A stretch of 63,564 nt of DNA, the filler included, from Reclinomonas americana ATCC 50394 (taxonomy: Eukaryota), in assembly GCA_048213135.1 (NCBI GenBank). It is 9 parts of 9 records of this genome, joined end to end, with 100 filler letters (N's around TTAATTAATTAA, not from the genome) between each part and the next. Parts side by side here need not be neighbours in the genome. Positions count along the whole stretch, not along the records: positions 55,533 to 59,960 come from AFZH01016783.1; positions 60,061 to 63,564 come from PS016118.1; 7 more parts are not named here. One strand, given 5' to 3'. The translations under genes and the position numbers were made by a program. Under the pieces are notes generated by a model, which did not search any database, was not told where the DNA came from, and saw only the letters and a program-made list of their open reading frames with translations. Each line of letters starts with the position of its first letter. Position 1 is the first letter of the stretch. Shown piece after piece: positions 55,533 to 63,564 of this stretch.

Positions 55533-56747
55533 TGTGCCAGCCATCACAGGTGCATAGTAGTGCTGCGCCGGGGCCGCCACGACCGGAGGTGCGGCCACCG
55601 GGAGCGCCAGCGCTGCCTGCGTGGCCACCAGTTGCGAGGCCAGGGTCAGGATCTCGGGTGGCACGCCCGGTATGACGGCCAGCTGAGCGAGCGCAGTGGC
55701 GAGGCCCGTGGCGCCTTGCGGTCCCTGCGAGTCGCGATGGTAAGAGAAGAGCAATGATCCCCTCTTGTACTCTGCGCACGCAACTGGAATGGTAGCCGAC
55801 TGCACCATCTGCTGCACGGCCGCTTGCCACGGAGCCACTTGCGGTGCCACGACAGGCACTGGTGCGCCGTAGGCCATTGGTGGTGGCGCCTGCGCGTACC
55901 ACGGTTGTGACACGGGCGGCGCGGCTGCACTGGGCGCGCCTCCCACCCCCGGTGCATACGGTCGATTATCGTAGGCCTGACGCGGTCGGCCAGCACCACC
56001 ACCACCAGCTGCTGCAGCTGCGGCTGCAGGTTCCGCACTCACACCACCGCGATGCCGATCGGGCGGAGGCTGGTACGGGCGATTCGGTTCAGCTTCGCGA
56101 TGCGGTCGCAGCTGCGGACCACCGCGTGGTGGCGATCGACTGACTGCACGCTTGTCGCCGGCCGCCGCCGGCAAGTTCCCCACCACTGCGCGCTCGAGAC
56201 GCTCACTGATTCTTCGCAACACCTCAACAGGGAACACACTCGGGTACCACGTGCGCATCAGCGTCACAAACAAATGTCGTGTTCGTGGATCGTAAACCTT
56301 GGTGCAAGAAAAAGGAGGAGTGTCAATCGCTCTCTGCATGGTGGAGCTCGCACAACGACGACGAATGACAGATGACGTTACATGTTCAAAGGCTCCACAA
56401 AAGGTGCGCTCCAGGTTGCGTGCAAACGCCTCGACGTACGATCCACCCACGTTCTTCACAATCGAATCGAGCAGATACATGGCCGGCAGCTTCTGATCCG
56501 GAGCCGCCTGCATGCACGACATGTGAGACACGCCTATTCTCTGTGCGTGCGAGGAGCAGCAACCCACCGACTCAATGTGCGCCTCCAATGCCATGACCAG
56601 CGCGTCGACCATCTCTGGCTGCGACGCATTGTCCTCGGCGACAAACGTGAGTGCATTGATCATGGGCTTGGAGTTGATGACCAGCTCGGCCAGGCCAGCA
56701 CGGAACTGGTCGTACAGGCGAGCGGCATCGCCGCTCAAGCGACTCAT
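55533..56747 (-). CDS. PCF11: PCF11 cleavage/polyadenylation factor, CID domain (partial, 3' end in gap)
   Basis: LAELVINSKPMINALTFVA...QKLPAMYLLDSIVKNVGGSYVEAF...LMRTW...VFP. Confidence 0.92.
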
Positions 56748-57318
56748 GACAACTCTGCATGCGAGTCAAAGTGAGACAAGCCGTGTTCAATCAATGTGTG
56801 TGATTGCACAACGATGTGCGCGTTGATAGTGTGCTGGTTGCAGTTGTGGGTGCGTGTGTGCGTGAAGACAGAGCACGGGAGAGCAGGGAGAGGGCAAGAG
56901 CCAAGGTGCGCGATGACGACAATGACGCGCTCGTTACACACGCACGCATGAAGACGCGACATGATGCACAATGCATGCGTGTGTCTGCGTGTGTATATGC
57001 AAGACACGCAACGCACCAAGCGCCCAACCACAACAACGACGACCAAAGTGAAAGTCAGGTTTCACACGGAATTCCATTTGCGCAACCCACATGGCAACCC
57101 TTCTCACTTCATCTTAAAACAGCAATGTGGGGCGATGGCGGCACTCTATCCGGCTCCGTTGCGTCTCTCTCCCTCTTTGCGTGTGTTGGTCACTCTCTCT
57201 CTCGCTCACATGTGGGGGTGTTGTTAAGCCGGCGTTTGGTCACGGAGCACTTGACGTTGGCGCGCGCGCACGAGCGGATAGCAGTGGATCGGGTGCGCCG
57301 ATTGACGCGTGTGTGCCC

Positions 57319-58947
57319 ATGGCGTCGGCCACGGCCACGCCGGAGACGATCATGAACATGTGGAGTGCGGATCCGACGGTGGTCGATGCGGCGTGCTCGC
57401 CGGTGCGGCGTGAGCAGATCAACTTGACCGTGTATCGACCGGCGGCGTCGACGCTCGCGGCGCCACCTCCCGCCCAGGTGGATTGGGATGCGGCGGCGGC
57501 GGCTGGGGAGCCGACGAGTTACAAGTTGTCGGCCTCGAAGGAAGCTTGTTGCGTGCGGAGAGGAGAGGGAGTACCGAAAAGGGGGGACAGGGAGAGGGAG
57601 TACGAAAAGGGAATTGGGAGTGATGTTCGTGGGAAGGAAGTGGCGTACTTATCTTCTCCTGCACGTTGTTGTTGTCTGAGCGACGGTGGAGTCGTGTCGT
57701 TGGTATTTCTCAGTTCCTTGTCTGATGACGAGTCGTTCTCGTTTCCGTCTTGCCCTTGGTTCTTCTCATTTGTGAGAAGAATGAGTCGTGCTGTATGGCG
57801 TGCTTATCTTCTCCTTCGCGTTGGTGTGGTCTGAGCGAAGAATGAGTCGTTGGTATTTCTCTCAGTACCTTGTTTGGATTAATGAGTCGTTCTCGTCCAA
57901 CTGTCTCCTGTCCCCTCTCCTCTCGTCTCGCGAAGAATATATGTTGTGCTGTGGCGTAATTCTCTTCTGTTCCTTTGCGCGTGGGTGTTGCTGGAGTCGC
58001 GCCTTGGTGTTTCTCAGTTCTTTGTCTGGAACGACTGGTTGTATTCGAGCCCTTGGTTTTTCTCATTCATGAGAAGGATGAGTTCCGTCCCTTCCTTTGC
58101 GTGGGTGTTGTTTGAGCGACGGTGGAGCGTCTTTGGTGTTTCTCGTTCCTTCTGTGCATCAACAAGTCGTTCTTGTGTCCGTCGAGCCTTTGCTTCTTCT
58201 CTTTTTACCTCGCGAGTGATGGGCTGTGCTTCGTGGTATCCTGCTCTTCCGTTCCCCCCTCCTTCGCATGGGTGTTGTTTGAGCGACGGTGGAGCGTCTT
58301 TGGTATTTCTCGTTTCCTTCTGTGCATCAGCAAGTCGTTCTTGTGTCCATCGAGCCCTTGCTTCTTCTCTTCTTACCTCGCGAGTGATGGGCTGTGCTTC
58401 GTGGTATCCTACTCTTCCGTTTCCCCCTCCTTTGCATGGGTGTTATTTGAGCGACGGTGGAGCCTTTGGTATTTCTCGTTTCCTTGTGTGCATGAACAAG
58501 TCGTTCTTGTATCCGTCGAGCCCTTGTTTCTTCTCTTTTTACCTCGCGTTGATGGGTTGTGCTTCGTGGTATCCTACTCTTCCGTTCCCCTCCTTCGCAT
58601 GGGTGTGCTGGAGATACAACAGATCGTTCTTGTGTCCATCTCGCCCTGGGTTTCTCGCTTCTCGTCTCGCGAAGGATGTGGTGTTCTCCTGTGCCGACTT
58701 GTTGTTGCTAGTCATCAGTTCATCGTCTGGTACGGATGGGTCGTTCTTGTGTCCATTACGCCCTTGGCTGTTCTCTTCTCGTCTCGCGAAGGATGATGGG
58801 CTGTGCTGCGGGGCGTTTCTCTTTCGCTGTTCTTCATCCAGTCTCTCCTCCTTCACGCCTCCACCCATCCCTTTCCCTTGTCCGCTCACTGTGCGATCCA
58901 CAGGGTGGGGCGAGCCGCAACCGAGACCGTTCGACGACCACCAGTAG
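57319..58947 (+). CDS. Small hypothetical protein (about 90 aa) split by a 1.35-kb repeat-filled intron
   Basis: Exon 1 (57319-57547) MASATATPETIMNMWSADP...KEA. Intron GTTGCGT...CCACAG. Exon 2 gives WWGEPQPRPFDDHQ*. No family recognised. Confidence 0.5.
57640..58830 (+). repeat. Tandem array of about seven degenerate units of 155-168 bp inside the intron
   Basis: GAGCGACGGTGGAG at 57678, 58114, 58281 and 58449. The central copies are nearly identical with a period of 167-168 bp. Confidence 0.92.
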
Positions 58948-59099
58948 TAGAAAAAATGAGTAAAAAAAACCCCGCATTGCTTGTTACGTGCCTTCACTCG
59001 CGCACAAGACAACGCAACAGAACAGCAGCGTGCATGCACGACTACACACATACACACTGGCGGACACAACCAGAAAAAAACCACACACCCAACATACGC

Positions 59100-59696
59100 T
59101 CACTTGAAGGCGCTCTTGATCAGCGACCCAAAGCCGACCTTGTCACCAATGGCGACATCCACACCCTCAATGTTGTCTCGTCGCTGCAGCGTCGCAATCT
59201 GTGCACAACACACACACAATCAGCACCCTGCTCACTCTCTCTGTCTCTGTCTCTGTCTCACGCACTCACCTCGTCCTTGAGAGCGGCCTGCTCCTCAGCC
59301 GAGATGGCCACCGTCTTGTTTGACGAGCCCACCTTCGACTTGAGGTTGCGCAGCTGCTCCAGCCACTGCTTCTGGATCGAGTCAATCGACTTCTTGCCAG
59401 CTGCACACATGCCACCAAAGAGTGAGAGAGAGAGAGAGCGCAGTTGATAACGGTGGCTCATGTCGCACATAAAAAACACACACAAACGCACGCGCGCTCT
59501 CGTTCCTTCTTCGCTCTCTGACACACGCACACTGCTGCATTACATACACACACGCGCGCGCGCTCACTTCAGACACACACACTGCGTGCATTATCATTTT
59601 CTTGCTTCTGTTTCTCTTTCCCGTTTCTCTCCACTGCTGCTCACCAGCCGCTGAGCTCATGTAGCGCTGGAAGCAACGGGTGGCCGACGACGCCAT
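59100..59696 (-). CDS. Mitochondrial ATP synthase peripheral stalk subunit F6-like protein (about 93 aa)
   Basis: Three exons give MASSATRCFQRYMSSAAAGKKSIDSIQKQWLEQLRNLKSKVGSSNKTVAISAEEQAALKDEIATLQRRDNIEG...FK*. Presequence-like start, and an ungapped by-eye match to the animal F6 core as I recall it (DPIQKLFVDKIREYKSK...ELERELFKLKQ). Confidence 0.65.
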
Positions 59697-59790
59697 TCTT
59701 CGTTCAAGTGTGCGTGTGTGAAGTAAGGACAGTTGCACTCGCGCGCGCGACTGTCCCTCGCTCGCACACAATCACACTTTCGTCTCGCTC

Positions 59791-62389
59791 ATGGCCGTGC
59801 TCGTTGACCGTGTGGAGTCGCCTGCACTCGAGCTCTCACAGCTCCTGGAGGAGCGATGCAAGATCGGCGGTCTGCGCAACGAAATCGCCGGCTTGCTCAG
59901 TGGCGGAGGCGACGTGCAGGCTCTGCGTCGTCTTACCGACGTGTGGACCTCGTCGGCCACNNNNNNNNNNNNNNNNNNNNNNNNNNNNNNNNNNNNNNNN
60001 NNNNTTAATTAATTAANNNNNNNNNNNNNNNNNNNNNNNNNNNNNNNNNNNNNNNNNNNNGCCTCGCTCGACGAGAAGTGTTGCGTCTGCTGTGCGCGTG
60101 TGTGAGAAGACAAGAGAGAGGCTGAACATGTGCACATGTCACGCACACAGTGGTTCGCGCAGCCTTTTCTGTGCTTGTGTCACTGGCGACACGGATTGGG
60201 CGGCGTGTGGATCGTGAGGCGGCACTGGAGAGTGCACTGGAGGCGGCGCGGACGCGCGCGGGGGAGGGACTATCGGAGGCCTCGCGTTTCCGCCTACTTT
60301 TGGTGCTCTACAATGCGGCCTCGGCGAGCTTGTCGCCGGTGCGCGCGCGTGTGTTTGGTGAGGCGGCGCGTGTGGCGTGCACAGAGGCGGAGAATGATCC
60401 GTCGCTGGCCATGGCGCTGTTGAGACAGAGCGAGGGTGTGGCGCAGGACTCCAAGACGTGGTCTACGGTTGCGTCGCTGCCCCGCTGCTCTCTCCTTGTC
60501 TCGCTGGTGATGCATCTCATGGTGCTGGGACACAGGTCACTGGCGATGATCGGCGTAATCTCATTCTGGTGCCGTGTGCCAACATGGCGCGGTTGGTGGG
60601 CAAGCCGGCAGAGGAGCTGTCGTGGTTGCTGCGTGCGCTGGNNNNNNNNNNNNNNNNNNNNNNNNNNNNNNNNNNNNNNNNNNNNNNNNNNNNNNNNNNN
60701 NNNNNNNNNNNNNNNNNNNNNNNNNNNNNNNNNNNNNNNNNNNNNNNNNNNNNNNNNNNNNNNNNNNNNNNNNNNNNNNNNNNNNNNNNNNNNNNNNNNN
60801 NNNNNNNNNNNNNNNNNNNNNNNNNNNNNNNNNNNNNNNNNNNNNNNNNNNNNNNNNNNNNNNNNNNNNNNNNNNNNNNNNNNNNNNNNNNNNNNNNNNN
60901 NNNNNNNNNNNNNNNNNNNNNNNNNNNNNNNNNNNNNNNNNNNNNNNNNNNNNNNNNNNNNNNNNNNNNNNNNNNNNNNNNNNNNNNNNNNNNNNNNNNN
61001 NNNNNNNNNNNNNNNNNNNNNNNNNNNNNNNNNNNNNNNNNNNNNNNNNNNNNNNNNNNNNNNNNNNNNNNNNNNNNNNNNNNNNNNNNNNNNNNNNNNN
61101 NNNNNNNNNNNNNNNNNNNNNNNNNNNNNNNNNNNNNNNNNNNNNNNNNNNNNNNNNNNNNNNNNNNNNNNNNNNNNNNNNNNNNNNNNNNNNNNNNNNN
61201 NNNNNNNNNNNNNNNNNNNNNNNNNNNNNNNNNNNNNNNNNNNNNNNNNNNNNNNNNNNNNNNNNNNNNNNNNNNNNNNNNNNNNNNNNNNNNNNNNNNN
61301 NNNNNNNNNNNNNNNNNNNNNNNNNNNNNNNNNNNNNNNNNNNNNNNNNNNNNNNNNNNNNNNNNNNNNNNNNNNNNNNNNNNNNNNNNNNNNNNNNNNN
61401 NNNNNNNNNNNNNNNNNNNNNNNNNNNNNNNNNNNNNNNNNNNNNNNNNNNNNNNNNNNNNNNNNNNNNNNNNNNNNNNNNNNNNNNNNNNNNNNNNNNN
61501 NNNNNNNNNNNNNNNNNNNNNNNNNNNNNNNNNNNNNNNNNNNNNNNNNNNNNNNNNNNNNNNNNNNNNNNNNNNNNNNNNNNNNNNNNNNNNNNNNNNN
61601 NNNNNNAGGAGGAGGCGGCGGAGAGTGCTCCGGAACTGGCAGTGCGCGCCGTCGTCGCTGCCATCTCCACACCAACGTTCTACGAGGTGCGTTCCATGCC
61701 TGCGGAGAGTTGTCTCGCCCAAAATGCTCACTTTATTTCCTCGTTCAGTTTGATCGCGTGCTGGCGCTGCCGGTGGTGCGTGCTCTGTCCGGTGATGCGT
61801 CGAAGCGCTGGGCGTTGGATTTGGCGCGCATCTTTGCCGAGGGCACCATGGAGCAGCTGCAGGCGTTTTACGGTGACGCAGCAAAGGCGCAGGCCGCCGA
61901 GAGGGCTGGTGTACCGCGCAACGACATTCAGGATCGGTTGCGGCTGCTGCAGCTGTGCGCCGAGTGGGCCTCGCAAAACGACGGCTCCGCAATGCCCAAG
62001 GCACTGACGTTTGCACGGGCGGCGGAGGTGAGTTCGTGCTGACACCCCTGTCTGGAGAGGGCAACAACCACCTCTAATTTGTTGTGTCTGGTGCAAATCG
62101 CAGTTGATGCAAGTGCGCGAGGAGGAGGTGGAGCGGTGGGTCGTCATGGCAGTACGCGCCGGCTTGGTGGATGCACGCATGAATGCCGTGCAAAAGACAA
62201 TAACGATTCGGTTCGTCTCTCGTGGCGCTCCTACCTTGTTGAGCGAAGTGCTGACTCGTGATATTTATCAGGTCGGCGGCACAGCGGACATTTGGCACGC
62301 GCGAGTGGCGGGCACTGGCTGGTCGCATCGCCGACTGGCGGAAGCATCTGCAGGCACTGGCCGGTGCCATTACCGGTTCGGCACCATAG
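59791..62389 (+). CDS. EIF3M: Eukaryotic translation initiation factor 3 subunit M (PCI domain)
   Basis: RFRLLLVLYN, AVVAAISTPTFYEFDRVLALPVVRAL, RLRLLQL, EEVERWVVMAVRAGLVDARMNAVQKTITIR and QRTFGTREWRALAGRIADW. Spans two gaps. Confidence 0.9.
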
Positions 62390-62518
62390 AGAATGAGAGC
62401 GGGTCGTGTGTGGATGGATGGACGCGAGGGAGCAGTGTTTTGATGAAAAAAAGGTATTGAATGTGATGTGTCCGTCGTATGCATACACTCTCTCTCTCTC
62501 GCGCGCACGCGCGCGCTT

Positions 62519-63484
62519 TCATAGCTTGGCCTTGGGTGCTGGAGAGGGTGGGGCGCACGGTGGTGCGTCGCTAAAGTACAGCAAGTTGTGCCGACGCTCG
62601 ACCGGATACTTGATGTGCAGTCGGAGCAGACCGTCGCCTCTGCACTTGTGCAGCACGCTCTCCATGGCCGTGAGGCTGTCCGTGTCACTGGTGTCGATCG
62701 AGAATGAGCACGTTGGATGGGGTAACGGTGTGGACGAGCAGACAGCACGCAACTTGCTGGCGGCGTACTGGTGATACAGCTGTGCAGGGACCCGGCGGTG
62801 AGATGCGCAGCATGAGGAGGCGAGTTCAGTTGATCGACTGTACCTGGAGCGGCCGCTGCAGCATCCATTGTGTGTACGGCGTGATTCCGCGCTTCTCAAA
62901 CACGCCACTGCCACTCTTGACCTGCGTGGTGATTCAGCACACAGCCACCAATGTCCTCTTTGACGGTGGTGCACACCTCAAACTTGTGCCAGCCAATGGC
63001 GCGGGGAATGGGCGCTGCTACTCGATCCTCACCCGGCTTGGCCGGTGCCTCGCGCCACTGTTCGAGGGCGCGTACCGTCGACTCGGCAATCGGCCAGAAC
63101 TCTTCAAAGAAGCGAGCGAGAATGCGCAGCAGCGTGTCCGGCACCTCGTCGTCGGGCAGCAGATTGACGGGCAGCGTCGGCGAGTCGCCCAGACGGCGCA
63201 TGCGGCGACACCACTGCGCCACGGCCGGTGCGAGGCGCTCCACCACCTGTGCACCGGTCAACACTACAAGCACATGCATGCGCGGCAAAGGGAGGAAGGG
63301 AGAGTGCACACCTTGACAGAGTTGGGATCGAAATGCAAGTGCGCCACGAATGGTCCAGCAAAGCTGAAATCGGCAAGGCATGGGCGGTCGCCCAGCAAGA
63401 AGTCAAAGTGCGACAGATGAGCATCCAAGTCCACCAGCAGGCCTGCCGTGTGAGAGAGTGAGCGAGTGTCATGAGCGCGGGGGG

Positions 63485-63523
<39 letters not shown>

Positions 63524-63564
63524 GACCAACGAACTCTCGTAGGACTCGCGCGACGGTACCGCCT
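62519..63564 (-). CDS. Glutathione S-transferase-like protein, C-terminal part, ending in PTS1-type AKL (5' end outside the window)
   Basis: LDAHLSHFDFLLGDRPCLADFSFAGPFVAHLHFDP (GST C-domain N-capping motif), APAVAQWCRRM, LPDDEVPDTL, PRAIGWHKF, PYTQWMLQR, ending PKAKL*. Confidence 0.85.

Noticed and set aside
57640..58830. CRISPR-like or transposon-derived array
   Set aside because: The whole unit is repeated with no unique spacers, terminal inverted repeats or associated enzyme gene, and it lies in a eukaryotic intron.

Overview
Gene-dense, intron-rich nuclear DNA from a eukaryotic microbe; the species cannot be identified from sequence alone. It is a draft scaffold with eight 100-bp unsized gaps carrying a TTAATTAATTAA spacer, two sized N gaps, and TACG-type noise at contig ends that resembles 454 data. 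Hand splicing gives about 18 genes: an H-lectin-like repeat protein, a TDP2-like EEP phosphodiesterase, selenoprotein O, a GH31 alpha-glucosidase, VPS13, MED18, a soluble (ADCY10-like) adenylyl cyclase, PTAR1, a pseudokinase-IQ protein, SRP receptor beta, PCF11, an ATP synthase F6-like subunit, eIF3m, a GST ending in AKL, and four unknowns. The main signal is in splicing. About 32 introns, very roughly one in six of those I modelled, start with GTT followed by the usual donor tail (GTTGCGT, GTTGAGT, GTTTCGT, GTTACGT). Nearly all follow an exon that does not end in G, which suggests routine use of shifted-register 5' splice sites. Also found: a selenocysteine recoding cassette in SelO (in-frame UGA, adjacent hairpin, GUGA-type SECIS candidate) and a probably inverted contig that splits the pseudokinase gene. 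All gene models are manual and have not been checked against transcripts or databases.
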